Source of the DNA: Microcoleus sp.
GTDB lineage: Bacteria > Cyanobacteriota > Cyanobacteriia > Cyanobacteriales > Microcoleaceae
NCBI GenBank assembly: GCA_052279835.1
Contig: CP181291.1
Coordinates: 256,001-320,000 of the forward strand
Length of the DNA stretch: 64,000 bases
Direction: 5' to 3'
This document shows positions 42,555 through 53,600 of this stretch, in pieces; position 1 is the first letter of the stretch, and each line of letters begins with the position of its first letter. Both the position numbers and the translations under genes were made by a program. Under the pieces are notes generated by a model that saw only the letters and a program-made list of their open reading frames with translations, did not search any database and was not told the origin of the DNA.

Positions 42555-43649
42555 TTATGACTGATGACGGTCGCAAACCTCCTCAATCACCCTCTCTACT
42601 TTTTTAAAAAAAGCTTCTTCGGAAAAGTTACCGATCGCATGAGCTCGAATTTTTTCGTAATCCCATGAAATCTTACTGGACTCAACTACGGCTGTGTGAA
42701 TGGCTTCCGGTGTCTGTAGATTGAAAAATATGCCAGTCTTACCTGGTATTTGAGTATCTAATACACCACCCTTACCATAGGCAATTACCGGCGTTCCACT
42801 AACATTAGCTTCCACTGGAACTAAACCATAGTCTTCCAACGCAGCAACAATCACACCACGAGCTTTAGACATCAACTGACTACGTTCTGTATCGCTCACA
42901 TGACCGAGAAATTTAATATTTTTTAAAGCTCTCGACTCCAGCCTCTCTCGCTCTGGGCCATCACCCGTGATTAATAATGGTAATCCCAGCCAATTGAATG
43001 CTTCAATAATCACATCAATGCGTTTGTAACCAAGCAGACGAGCAGAGGTCAAATAAAAGTCCTCCTTCTGTTGAGAAAAAATAAATTTTTTGACATCAAT
43101 GGGATAGTTGATCACAACTGATTCCTTGCCATAAAATTTCTGGATACGACTGGCAACTGTGCTGGAATTGGCAATATAAAAGTCAGGCTCTTGAGCGGAA
43201 TCCAGATCGGCTTTTCTCATTTGCTGAAAAATCGGTTCTAGCATACCCGAAAGATTTCGATAGGTAGCATAGTCTCGAAGATAAGTTGTGGTATCCCACA
43301 AAAAACGGGTGACATTGTGACAGAAACAAATATGTATTGCTCCTGGTCTTTTTCGGACAGCTTTAGCAAAGCTCGTGGTACTGCTGATAATCAGATCGTA
43401 GTCTTTTAGATCCAAGGCTCTAAAGGCTGAAAAATAAAAGGGAGCCATTAGCCTAAAATTCTTACTTGCCCCTGGAACCTTCTGAAGTACAGTTGTGCGA
43501 ACTTCACGTTCGCCTAGGTCTATAGTTCGTTTAGGTTCGTATAGAGACGTGAAAATATCTGCATTGGGGTAGCGTTTACATAGTAATTCAAATACACGCT
43601 CTGCTCCACCGGGTTGTGTCAAGTAATCATGGATTAGTGCTATTTTCAT
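42555..43649 (-). CDS. GT4 glycosyltransferase (WbaZ-like)
   Basis: HDYL...GGAERV and EDYGLVPVEA motifs. Confidence 0.9.
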   Translation of the reverse strand: MKIALIHDYLTQPGGAERVFELLCKRYPNADIFTSLYEPKRTIDLGEREVRTTVLQKVPGASKNFRLMAPFYFSAFRALDLKDYDLIISSTTSFAKAVRKRPGAIHICFCHNVTRFLWDTTTYLRDYATYRNLSGMLEPIFQQMRKADLDSAQEPDFYIANSSTVASRIQKFYGKESVVINYPIDVKKFIFSQQKEDFYLTSARLLGYKRIDVIIEAFNWLGLPLLITGDGPERERLESRALKNIKFLGHVSDTERSQLMSKARGVIVAALEDYGLVPVEANVSGTPVIAYGKGGVLDTQIPGKTGIFFNLQTPEAIHTAVVESSKISWDYEKIRAHAIGNFSEEAFFKKVERVIEEVCDRHQS

Positions 43650-44123
43650 ACTACTCTCTCTATTTTAGAACATCGGAGACAGACGATCTGGTTGTGCAAA
43701 TACTTCTTCTGTCACAATTCCTAGATCGCGTCATCCATTTAACTAGATCACTGAAACACCAATGTAAATAGCACCGAGAAAGTTGGTTACACAGTAGACA
43801 AACCTATGGTAATCGCCCGATACTGCTTCAATTTGGAGCATCAGTTTTTTATTCCGTTGAGGGGTATTGCAGAAGTCCCGATCGCCAACACGAGGGTTAA
43901 CTCCCTGACACCTAAGCGAAATTACTGGTATCTGGTCTGGTAAACGCAGCCGATTACTGACCTATTGCTCAGTATGATACCCCCTAATTGCCAGCACTGT
44001 GTCACCAATCACCTTAAACAGAAGTTTTTCAGACCCCTCTAAGGTAAGTAAGGTGTCGGCAGTATTAAGTAAAAGCCCGGAGGTAGGCGATCGCCATTAA
44101 CCAGGCACCGGCTTTCCATCCTC

Positions 44124-45029
44124 TCAATTCTTCAATGCTCGCTCAGCGATACACATGATAGACTGAGCAGCCCCTTGAGAATTGGGATCGATTCCCGACA
44201 AACGCTGAGGGACTCTAACTGTCCATGGCGCTCGTCCCAACTCTCCTTGCAAAACCTCTGCTCCCAGATTATGGTTGTGAGGATAGGTTGTTACCGTAAA
44301 ATCCAGCGGTTTGAGAACTTGATAGTAGAGTTCTGTTGTAATTCCATCTCCTGGTTTTTGATTGTGGATTTCCGTAGCTAATCTCTGTCTACTTGTTGCC
44401 ACATAAGGTTTGCGAGCAACGATCCAGTAAGCCCGATGCTGACGAATTTTTCTTAAAAGTAGCCCAAGCCCTTTCCAATTCCAGGCCGTTACCTGCGGAT
44501 CGTTATCTGTCACTAGAATCCCACCTGGGCGAACTAAACGCGCGGCCTCTGCCAATACTTTTGCCATGTCATCACAGTGGTGAAGGGTAGCGTTAAGAAC
44601 TACTAAGTCGGCGAAGGCATCGATAAAAGGCAGGTGATGTGCATCAGCCAAGAGCGGAACATAACCTACTTCTTGTGCTATTTCTAAAGTACCTTGGGAA
44701 ATATCTACCCCAATCAGTAAGCTAGGTGAGCCGCCCACTGTAGCATACAAATTACCCGGTCCACAGCCAATATCTACAACGATCTTGTCATCCCAGCTCC
44801 CTATTGCCTTTTGCCAGCGCGCTTTTAAGGCTTCGGTATACCGATCGGGTTTTAGGTAGTCTCTTCGCCACTTAGGATGACCAAATAAATCAATATTGGC
44901 TTGCATTCCGGCTGTAATATGCGGAATAGGGTAACTATAAATACCGTTCTCCTGTTCAGTAATTTCTGCACTTTCTATCAGGTATTTCGACAGAGGTGTT
45001 ATTGATTGCATCTTTAACCGTCTACTCAT
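44124..45029 (-). CDS. Class I SAM-dependent methyltransferase
   Basis: VDIGCGPG, GVDIS, LHH and RLVRPGG motifs. Confidence 0.9.
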   Translation of the reverse strand: MSRRLKMQSITPLSKYLIESAEITEQENGIYSYPIPHITAGMQANIDLFGHPKWRRDYLKPDRYTEALKARWQKAIGSWDDKIVVDIGCGPGNLYATVGGSPSLLIGVDISQGTLEIAQEVGYVPLLADAHHLPFIDAFADLVVLNATLHHCDDMAKVLAEAARLVRPGGILVTDNDPQVTAWNWKGLGLLLRKIRQHRAYWIVARKPYVATSRQRLATEIHNQKPGDGITTELYYQVLKPLDFTVTTYPHNHNLGAEVLQGELGRAPWTVRVPQRLSGIDPNSQGAAQSIMCIAERALKN

Positions 45030-45455
45030 GACAACGAAGGGTTAATTGATGGGCAGAAACACACCCTAGTTGACTAACAAAAATTTTGGAGCTTGAAACG
45101 AAAGCTAGAAGGGGAGAAAAGCTTGGTTTGAGCTAACCAATCATCACGCAAATTGGTATATATCATAGCAATTACTTCCCATCTTCATCATACCTTGCAT
45201 AATTATCTAAGTCAATGCCAAGACATCTAGGGCGATAGTCGTTTTTTCGCTTCCTAGTTTGGTCAGTTAACCAGGGCAGCCATTTTAATTCAATGTTGAC
45301 CAGCACCATTAGCAAGGAAGATACCGCAGTTGTGGTCTTAAAACCAGTGTTAATAGCTACTTCTTGAGGCGACCCACTCTATCTCAGGACAGATGTAAAG
45401 CCGAGATTATTTGTATTCAATACTACTAATTAACTAAACTTTTAGGAAAATAGTA

Positions 45456-45905
45456 ATGTTAGATATTGATGAAATGAGTTCAAAAGAAATAGAGCAACTT
45501 CTACACACAGTAGGATACGGTCATCTTGGCTGCATACACGAAGGCAAACCCTACGTGATGCCCATGAATTATTATATTGAAGAACAGGAAATCTACCTGT
45601 TTACCACGATCGGCATGAAGACTCATGACATAGATGCCAATCCAGAAGTCTGCCTACAGGTAGAAGAAATTCAGGATGCACTTCATTGGCGCAGCGCGAT
45701 CGTCAATGGTAGAGCCTCCCGTCTCACTATCAAGGAAGAGATCGATCGAGCCATGCACTTCATCCAAGAGCGCAATCCCATGCTGTCACCTGCGATCAAT
45801 CGCACCTGGATTGATGCTGAGGGACGTTCAGAGGCGATCGCCATTTACCGCATCCACGAGACTGAAATGAGTGGACGCACGACTGATGGAGTCAGCAGTC
45901 ACTAA
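45456..45905 (+). CDS. Pyridoxamine 5'-phosphate oxidase family flavin-binding protein
   Basis: GHLG...PYVMP, NPEVCLQV and WRSAIV.G motifs. Confidence 0.85.
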   Translation: MLDIDEMSSKEIEQLLHTVGYGHLGCIHEGKPYVMPMNYYIEEQEIYLFTTIGMKTHDIDANPEVCLQVEEIQDALHWRSAIVNGRASRLTIKEEIDRAMHFIQERNPMLSPAINRTWIDAEGRSEAIAIYRIHETEMSGRTTDGVSSH

Positions 45906-46185
45906 AAACTTAGATATTGCACCATTTGCCATCAGCTTGGCCAGGACTGGCTCTCCTGTCCACCCCACCATAAATTAACTCTTTGTGGAACAGGAAGTCA
46001 GATCTGTTAAGCGAAAATGGTCCAATATCTGAGTAATAACCGAGAGGTTGCCAGTAAAAAATTAGGCACGATCTACCTCTCAGGATATACAGCTTTTAAA
46101 CCTAAGATAGATGACAAAAAATCGTGGTAATGAAAGAATAAAGAAAAAATCAAAAAAACAACAACAAGAATAATAAAAAATCATC

Positions 46186-46557
46186 ATGGTGAATAAAATG
46201 GAAATGACAAATAAGATTGAAATAAACAAATCTGTGCCCCGCGAGCGATGGGGTGAATTTTTCGATCAATTTTCTGATGGCAATCGCGGCCGGCATATTT
46301 CGATCGAAATCATCGGTTCAGAACTCGGTGATGCAGAACTGATTAAGAACGCACCTTTAATGGCGATGGTTTACGATCGCCCCGGCAAAGGAGATGATTT
46401 GGTAATTGAAGTGGGCAAAGATGAGGTGACTTACGCTCACACGATCGATTCACCAACCGAAGTTTTAACCGGACAAAACTCAAACGGTGTGGTGATAGCG
46501 GTTCGGATTAGCGATGCTGCTGGGACACAAACATTAATCGAGCTACAAGTTAGTTGA
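46186..46557 (+). CDS. DUF5335-like protein
   Basis: W.EFFDQFS..NRG, ELG and HTI.SP pattern. Confidence 0.65.
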   Translation: MVNKMEMTNKIEINKSVPRERWGEFFDQFSDGNRGRHISIEIIGSELGDAELIKNAPLMAMVYDRPGKGDDLVIEVGKDEVTYAHTIDSPTEVLTGQNSNGVVIAVRISDAAGTQTLIELQVS

Positions 46558-46564
46558 AACGAAC

Positions 46565-47548
<984 letters not shown>

Positions 47549-47698
47549 GAATTGGGGAGGGTAGGCACGGGGGCACTACCCCTACAACTGAAACAGAAGA
47601 GCCTTTGTAGGGGCGGTGCCCCCGTGCCCGCCCTCTCAGTAGGAATTGCAGTGGGCGATCGCTACCCCGACATAAGTAAACAATCAGGAGCACAATCC

Positions 47699-48745
47699 AT
47701 GAAAACAAATGCCTACGCAGCCCAAAACGCCACGAATCCACTCGCACCCTTCAACTTTCAACGCCGCGAAGTCGGCCAGCACGATGTCCAGATCGAAATT
47801 CTATATTGCGGCGTGTGTCACTCCGACTTGCATACCGTCCGCAACGAATGGCAAAACACCACATACCCTTGCGTTCCCGGCCATGAAATCGTCGGACGGG
47901 TGGTAAAAGTTGGAGCCCACGTCAAAAAATTTAAGGAAGGCGACACCGCAGGAGTCGGTTGTATGGTCGATTCCTGTCGCACTTGTGCCAACTGCGAGGA
48001 AAACCTAGAACAATTCTGCGACAACACCATCTGGACCTACAACTCCCCCGACAAACACGTTGGTGGCATGACTTTCGGGGGATACTCTGACAGCATCGTC
48101 GTAGATGAAGCGTTTGTGCTGCAAGTTCCCAAGAATTTGAATCTCGCTGCCGTCGCCCCCTTGCTTTGCGCTGGAATCACCACTTATTCCCCATTACGCC
48201 ACCACAATGTTACCAAAGGTCAGAAAGTTGGTGTGGTGGGACTCGGTGGACTGGGACACATAGGGGTGAAATTGGCGAAGGGTTTCGGTGCCCATGTCGT
48301 CGTATTCACCACCTCGTCGAACAAAGTTGAAGATGCCCTGCGCCTGGGAGCAGATGAAGTTGTCAATTCTAAAAATGCCGACGAGATGAAAAAACATCTC
48401 AATAGTTTCGATTTCATTCTCGACACTGTATCGGCGCAACACGACATCAACGCCTACCTGCTGCTATTAAAACGCGATGGCAACCTCACCCAGGTCGGCG
48501 TACCGGAAAAACCGCTTTCTCTTAATGTCAGTACCTTGATATTTGGTCGGCGCAGTCTCAGCGGCTCCCTGATTGGCGGCATCAAAGAAACTCAGGAAAT
48601 GCTAGATTTCTGCGGCAAACATAACATCACTGCGGATATCGAACTAATCCCCATTCAAAAAATCAATCAAGCTTACGATCGCCTGGTGAAAAGCGACGTT
48701 AAATATCGCTTCGTTATTGACATGGCATCGTTGCAAGAGGCTTGA
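47699..48745 (+). CDS. Zn-dependent NADP alcohol/aldehyde dehydrogenase (YahK/CAD-like)
   Basis: GVCHSD, PGHE, four-Cys zinc loop and GLGGLG; AGGAG RBS before ATG 47699. Confidence 0.95.
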   Translation: MKTNAYAAQNATNPLAPFNFQRREVGQHDVQIEILYCGVCHSDLHTVRNEWQNTTYPCVPGHEIVGRVVKVGAHVKKFKEGDTAGVGCMVDSCRTCANCEENLEQFCDNTIWTYNSPDKHVGGMTFGGYSDSIVVDEAFVLQVPKNLNLAAVAPLLCAGITTYSPLRHHNVTKGQKVGVVGLGGLGHIGVKLAKGFGAHVVVFTTSSNKVEDALRLGADEVVNSKNADEMKKHLNSFDFILDTVSAQHDINAYLLLLKRDGNLTQVGVPEKPLSLNVSTLIFGRRSLSGSLIGGIKETQEMLDFCGKHNITADIELIPIQKINQAYDRLVKSDVKYRFVIDMASLQEA

Positions 48746-48824
48746 TTGATGTTCCGCCTCTGATAAGGTAGCAATTTTAAACAGTGAACAATTGACTATT
48801 GACCATTGTTCGATGGCGGGTTTA

Positions 48825-48935
48825 ACCCCCTCGCATCCCCCTCAATTCGGGGGACGAAAGAGAAGAGTCTTGTCCCCCCTCTTGCTCCCCTCATAGGAGG
48901 GGCTGGGGGTGGGTTCTGGGGGTTAGGGGGGATCG
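48825..48935. repeat. C/G-tract cyanobacterial dispersed repeat
   Basis: CCCCCTC...GGGGGAC...GTCCCCCC...GGGGGTTAGGGGGGATC. Confidence 0.55.
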
Positions 48936-49007
48936 GAATTCGGGAGCAGCCTCATAAAAAATTGGTATCAACTGTCAATTGTTTAATTAACATCAAGGAC
49001 AAAAATT

Positions 49008-50006
49008 ATGACAGATATCATCAGTCGTGAAATTCAGTTAGTCTCCCGCCCCAAGGGGATGCCCACCCCAGATAATTTTGCGATCGCCCAAACCGAAATC
49101 AAGCCTCTTCAAGACGGACAGGTGCTAGTTCGCAATCGCTACATTTCGGTAGATCCGTATATGCGCGGACGCATGAACGAAAGCAAATCCTATGTTCCGC
49201 CCTTCGAGTTAGGTAAAGCATTGGAAGGCGGCGCAGTCGGCGAAGTCATCGAGTCGCGCACCGAGGAATTCAAGGCCGGTGATGTCGTCACTTCCAACTT
49301 TGGTTGGCGGGAATACTTCACTGCGGCACCAACAGAGTTGCATCCCGTTAGCAGCGAAATTCAACCGCTCTCAGTTTACCTCGGTGCCCTGGGGATGACC
49401 GGGATGACGGCTTGGGTTGGGTTGAATTTGGTAGAGGTGAAAGCCGGCGATGTCATTTTTATTTCCGGTGCGGCAGGTGCGGTGGGAAGTGTAGCCGGAC
49501 AACTGGCAAAATTGCGCGGATGTCAGGTTATCGGGTCCGCCGGTTCACCGGAGAAGGTCAAGTTTCTACTGGAAGAATGCGGGTTCGATCGCGCTTTCAA
49601 TTACAATTCCGGCCCTATCCTCGAACAATTGAACCAGGCGGCACCCGACGGAATTGATGTTTATTTCGACAATGTAGGTGGCGAAACCCTGCAAGCGGCG
49701 CTGTCGGCCCTGCGCGTGCACGGCCGGATTATCGCTTGTGGCAGCATTTCTGGTTACAACGAGCCGCAGCCGGGCCCAAACAATCTATTTAACATGATTG
49801 GCAAACGGTTGACGATGAAAGGGCTGTTGGTGCGCGATTGGAGCGATCGTCAAAGTGAATTTGAGCAGGAAGTGGGCGGTTATTTTCAAGCTGGCAAATT
49901 GAAAAATCAGGAAACAGTGGTAGTAGGAATTGACCAGGCGGTGAGCGCGTTTATCGGTCTTTTTGAAGGCAAAAATCTGGGCAAAATGGTTGTGAAGTTG
50001 GACTAG
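49008..50006 (+). CDS. NADP-dependent oxidoreductase (CurA/PTGR-like)
   Basis: SVDPYMRGRM, GMTGMTA, SGAAGAVGS and YFDNVGG motifs. Confidence 0.93.
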   Translation: MTDIISREIQLVSRPKGMPTPDNFAIAQTEIKPLQDGQVLVRNRYISVDPYMRGRMNESKSYVPPFELGKALEGGAVGEVIESRTEEFKAGDVVTSNFGWREYFTAAPTELHPVSSEIQPLSVYLGALGMTGMTAWVGLNLVEVKAGDVIFISGAAGAVGSVAGQLAKLRGCQVIGSAGSPEKVKFLLEECGFDRAFNYNSGPILEQLNQAAPDGIDVYFDNVGGETLQAALSALRVHGRIIACGSISGYNEPQPGPNNLFNMIGKRLTMKGLLVRDWSDRQSEFEQEVGGYFQAGKLKNQETVVVGIDQAVSAFIGLFEGKNLGKMVVKLD

Positions 50007-50017
50007 GCGACGACTAA

Positions 50018-50228
50018 TTAGTGTCAACTTAAGGTACAACCAATAGTCCGGCAAGGGTTGAAACCCCTGCCTCAAAGCGAAAGTCCTCTCAAAGAGGACT
50101 GAAGAGAAGAATTTTCAACTAATTAGTCCTCTTTGAGAGGACTTTCGCTATTAGACAGGGAATTAATTCCCTGTCGGTGCCGGGTGGGCGAGAGGATTTG
50201 GTGGACTCACAGCTTAAGTTGACACTAA
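50018..50228. mobile_element. 211-bp MITE
   Basis: Perfect 16-bp TIRs TTAGTGTCAACTTAAG and two internal AGTCCTCT...AGAGGACT palindromes. Confidence 0.85.
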
Positions 50229-50294
50229 GGGTGGCGACCAATTGATTAGGCACTGTCGTAGAGAATGATTTGACGTTATTTGGTTTAAAAAAAT

Positions 50295-51089
50295 ATGGAT
50301 CTCAAACTATCAGGAAAAGTGGCATTGGTCAGCGGTTCAACGGGTGGAATTGGACTGGCAATTGTTACAACACTTGCCGAAGAAGGAGCGACGGTCATTA
50401 TCAATGGCAGAACGCAAGAGCGCGTAAATAATGCGATCGACCAGATTCAGCAAAGTGTCCCGAATGCAAAAGTTCAGGGAATTGCTGCCGATTTGGGAAC
50501 GCCAGCGGGAGTTGAATTTTTACTTCAAAAAGTGCCAGAAGTCAACATTTTGGTCAACAACTTAGGAATTTATGGTTCCAAAGCTTTTGCAGATATCTCC
50601 GATGAAGAATGGATGAATATTCTGGAAGTGAATGTGATGAGCGGTGTGCGACTCTCGCGCCATTACTTGCCGCTGATGCTAAAGCAAGATTGGGGGCGCA
50701 TTATTTTTATTTCTAGTGAATCTGGCTTGAATATTCCCGCCGAAATGATTCACTATGGCGTTACCAAAACTGCACAATTGGCGTTGAGTCGCGGTTTGGC
50801 AGAAACAACGGCGGGCAGCCATGTGACTGTCAATACGGTATTGCCGGGCCCAACTCGTTCCGAAGGCGTGGAACACTTCATCCAGGGATTATCTAAGGAT
50901 CAAAATATTTCGATCGCACAAGTCGAGAAAGAGTTTTTTACTAAGATGCGTCCATCTTCGCTAATTCAGCGATTTGCTTCAACGTCTGAAGTTGCTGCGT
51001 TAGTTGCGTTTGTTGCTAGTCCCTTAGCTTCGGCGATTAATGGTGCAGCCCTGCGAGTCGAGGGTGGAGTGGTGCGATCGATTGTGTAG
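50295..51089 (+). CDS. SDR family oxidoreductase
   Basis: GSTGGIG, VNNLG, YGVTK and LRVEGG motifs. Confidence 0.93.
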   Translation: MDLKLSGKVALVSGSTGGIGLAIVTTLAEEGATVIINGRTQERVNNAIDQIQQSVPNAKVQGIAADLGTPAGVEFLLQKVPEVNILVNNLGIYGSKAFADISDEEWMNILEVNVMSGVRLSRHYLPLMLKQDWGRIIFISSESGLNIPAEMIHYGVTKTAQLALSRGLAETTAGSHVTVNTVLPGPTRSEGVEHFIQGLSKDQNISIAQVEKEFFTKMRPSSLIQRFASTSEVAALVAFVASPLASAINGAALRVEGGVVRSIV

Positions 51090-51202
51090 CGAAGTTTTTA
51101 CCTTGATGTGCTTGGAAAATCTCTCACTCCCTACATTTTTGAACAGAATGCTTTCGTTCAAACAAAAATAAGGAGCGTTACATTTCATTAACTCACCCTA
51201 AA

Positions 51203-51243
51203 GCGATCGCTATTACTGTGAGTCGTGATTTTTAGGCGATCGC
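51203..51243 (+). repeat. 41-bp HIP1-bounded direct repeat, copy 1
   Basis: GCGATCGCTATTACTGTGAGTCGTGATTTTTAGGCGATCGC. Confidence 0.9.
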
Positions 51244-51270
51244 ACTTAACCTACAAGATCAGCGATCGCA

Positions 51271-52080
51271 CTAACCACTAACTTTTTTAGCTTCTTGATT
51301 TTTGTTATACATTTCAAGAAAAAGGTGCTTCCAAAAAGAATCTTCTAAATTTTCTATTTCACAGTATTTTAATGGAGTATCTTTAAGATATTCTAAAGTT
51401 TCCTGATGTCTAGCAGCAACACGACAACCATTATAACCTTCACCATTAATGAATTGTAGTTCATTAAGAAACCTAGAATCCAGTGGAGATAAACGACTGT
51501 CAATAGAATGAAATCTTAAGCAATTAGTTGGACTTATAGGAAAATAGAATTCAGGTTCCCAAACATTATATAAAACTGGGGAACCACTAATAACGTATTC
51601 ATGTTTTATTAATGATTTTGGACTAACACTACTTAATGTTAAATTCTTAAATTTTTCGATTAAAAAATCAATATCTGTAAACAGATCAGCATGAATATTT
51701 TTAATACAATTAATACAATCCTCTCCTAACATTTTAGAATACAAAATTGATTCATTTCTGATTCCGACACATCTAAGCCATTGAAATGCCATAAATTTAT
51801 TGATTTTTTCTCGTTCCTGAAGGTTCAAGTTTTCTACACCATTTTTAATAATTGAGGCTATTATATCTGGAGATTGAGCATCGATCTCTTTAAACCATGA
51901 ATCATAATTTTCTTCATTAGTTGTGAAATAATTATTTTGTTCAAATGTTCGATCTATGGGAGTTGATTCTATTCTAAGTTGATTCTTGATGTGAAGAATG
52001 ACAAATATTCTTTTTTTATTTATTGATGAAGAAAAGTTTCTGAGTACGGCCTGGGTTACGAAATGTTGATGATCTGTCAT
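51271..52080 (-). CDS. DUF4238-like protein
   Basis: N-terminal HQHFVTQAVLRNF, FMAFQWLR, ISGSPV and FPISP motifs; very AT-rich. Confidence 0.7.
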   Translation of the reverse strand: MTDHQHFVTQAVLRNFSSSINKKRIFVILHIKNQLRIESTPIDRTFEQNNYFTTNEENYDSWFKEIDAQSPDIIASIIKNGVENLNLQEREKINKFMAFQWLRCVGIRNESILYSKMLGEDCINCIKNIHADLFTDIDFLIEKFKNLTLSSVSPKSLIKHEYVISGSPVLYNVWEPEFYFPISPTNCLRFHSIDSRLSPLDSRFLNELQFINGEGYNGCRVAARHQETLEYLKDTPLKYCEIENLEDSFWKHLFLEMYNKNQEAKKVSG

Positions 52081-52157
52081 ACATTAAAACACGATGTTTA
52101 GTTCAATTAATATTATAACTTAAAAAAAAATCGATTGTGAGTGCGATCGGCGATATT

Positions 52158-52246
52158 GTAGGGTGCATTAATGAAATGTAATGCACCTTTTGATTATTTG
52201 CAAGAGAATCCAATTTTGTGCGTTACGCTACGCTAACACACGCTAC
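52158..52246. repeat. REP-like element
   Basis: GTAGGGTGCATTA...TAATGCACC and GTGCGTTA...TAACACACGCTAC hairpins. Confidence 0.6.
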
Positions 52247-52330
52247 TCCTAGGACAATTTGAACACCTTCATCGGCGAGCTTTTTGTGAGGTTAAAAGGC
52301 GATCGTTTTTGGGAGGTGAAGGGGAAAGTG

Positions 52331-52371
52331 GCGATCGCTATTACTGTGAGTCGTGAGTTTTGGGTGATCGC
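52331..52371 (+). repeat. 41-bp HIP1-bounded direct repeat, copy 2
   Basis: GCGATCGCTATTACTGTGAGTCGTGAGTTTTGGGTGATCGC. Confidence 0.9.
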
Positions 52372-52456
52372 TGACTCCAAGATATTTATGAGCATAGTGC
52401 GTTCCCAACAATCTATCGGCTGAAGGAAACGCACGCTATAGCAATTTTATTTGCCT

Positions 52457-53593
52457 TTAGAAACACTTCCGATGAACAATGGAAGGACCACTTTCATCAT
52501 ATTCCTGCTTACTAATCCACATTTGCTGAAATGTCTCAGAAGAAGCAAGCATTGAACCACCAATCCAAGAGGAGTATTTTCGCTCTGGAGGAGCAATAAT
52601 TTTGATTTTCATGGTGGGAGGAGCAAGAGCCGATACTTCCTTTTGCATACGATCGGCTATACCCGGAAACTTAGTAGTGCCACCACTCAGGACGATGTTA
52701 GCATATAGTTCCTTACGAATATCCACATCACATTTCATGATGGAATTGTACAGTGTTTCATGAATTCCAGCCGACTCCATACCAATGAATGCTGGTTGGA
52801 ATAAGGTTTCAGGGCAACGGAAACGTTCATTGCCGATGGTAATCACTTGACCATCAGGTAATTCGTATGATTTTTCAAGGGAACTACTCTGTTTTGCTGT
52901 TTGCATTTCCTGCTCAAAATCAAGAGCTACATAACATAATTTCTCTTTGATATCTCGCACGATCTCTCGTTCCGCCGTAGTAGTAAAGCTATAACCCCTT
53001 TCAGTCAGAATTTTCATTAGATAATCTGTCAGATCGCGTCCTGCCAAATCTAGACGGATAGTGGCATGGGGCAAAGCGTACCCTTCATAAATGGGAACTG
53101 TATGGCTAACACCATCGCCACAATCGAGAACGATTCCTGTAGTGCGTCCACTGGCATACAGTGATAATACAGGGGCGATCGCAATATACAGAGCCGGGAC
53201 ATTAAACGTCTCGAACATTATCTGAGCCATCTTCTCCCGATTGGCTTTCGGGTTCAGAGGCGACTCAGTGAGCAGAACAGGATGTTCCTCTGGAGCAACT
53301 CTGAGTTCGTTGTAGAAGGTATGATGCCATACCTTCTCCATATCATCCCAGTTGGTCACGATGCCATGTTCATTGGGATATTTAAGAGTGAGGATACCTC
53401 GCTTACTCTGAGCTTCATCCCCAACATAAGAATCTTTTTGACCCATGCCAACCATAACACCTTGATGACGTGGCCTGCCGACTATACAGGGAAAAACGGC
53501 TCTGGGTGTATCATCCCCAGCAAAACCAGCTTTTATCGTGCCTGAGCCATTATCAATGACCAGTGGTGCTGTATCTTCGTCATAATTTGACAT
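52457..53593 (-). CDS. act: Eukaryotic-type actin, 378 aa, intronless
   Basis: [59 protein letters not shown] and C-terminal [10 protein letters not shown]; colinear with actin with no internal indels. Confidence 0.98.
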   Translation of the reverse strand: MSNYDEDTAPLVIDNGSGTIKAGFAGDDTPRAVFPCIVGRPRHQGVMVGMGQKDSYVGDEAQSKRGILTLKYPNEHGIVTNWDDMEKVWHHTFYNELRVAPEEHPVLLTESPLNPKANREKMAQIMFETFNVPALYIAIAPVLSLYASGRTTGIVLDCGDGVSHTVPIYEGYALPHATIRLDLAGRDLTDYLMKILTERGYSFTTTAEREIVRDIKEKLCYVALDFEQEMQTAKQSSSLEKSYELPDGQVITIGNERFRCPETLFQPAFIGMESAGIHETLYNSIMKCDVDIRKELYANIVLSGGTTKFPGIADRMQKEVSALAPPTMKIKIIAPPERKYSSWIGGSMLASSETFQQMWISKQEYDESGPSIVHRKCF

Positions 53594-53600
53594 GATTATA

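Noticed and set aside
43650..44123. Possible pseudogene or leader RNA upstream of the EPS cluster
   Set aside because: No convincing reading frame or structure could be supported by eye.
47552..47698. N-terminal extension of the alcohol dehydrogenase
   Set aside because: It is translated REP and duplicated DNA; the RBS supports ATG 47699.
48806..49030. 74-aa ORF
   Set aside because: It reads through a G/C-tract dispersed repeat.
52081..52456. Profilin gene as in the Microcystis actM-pfnM island
   Set aside because: No suitable ORF; the interval is REP and repeat DNA, and the 61-aa ORF there is repeat-derived.
52457..53593. MreB/ParM-type bacterial actin homolog
   Set aside because: Long exact matches to eukaryotic actin, including the D-loop and HRKCF end, are absent from those families.
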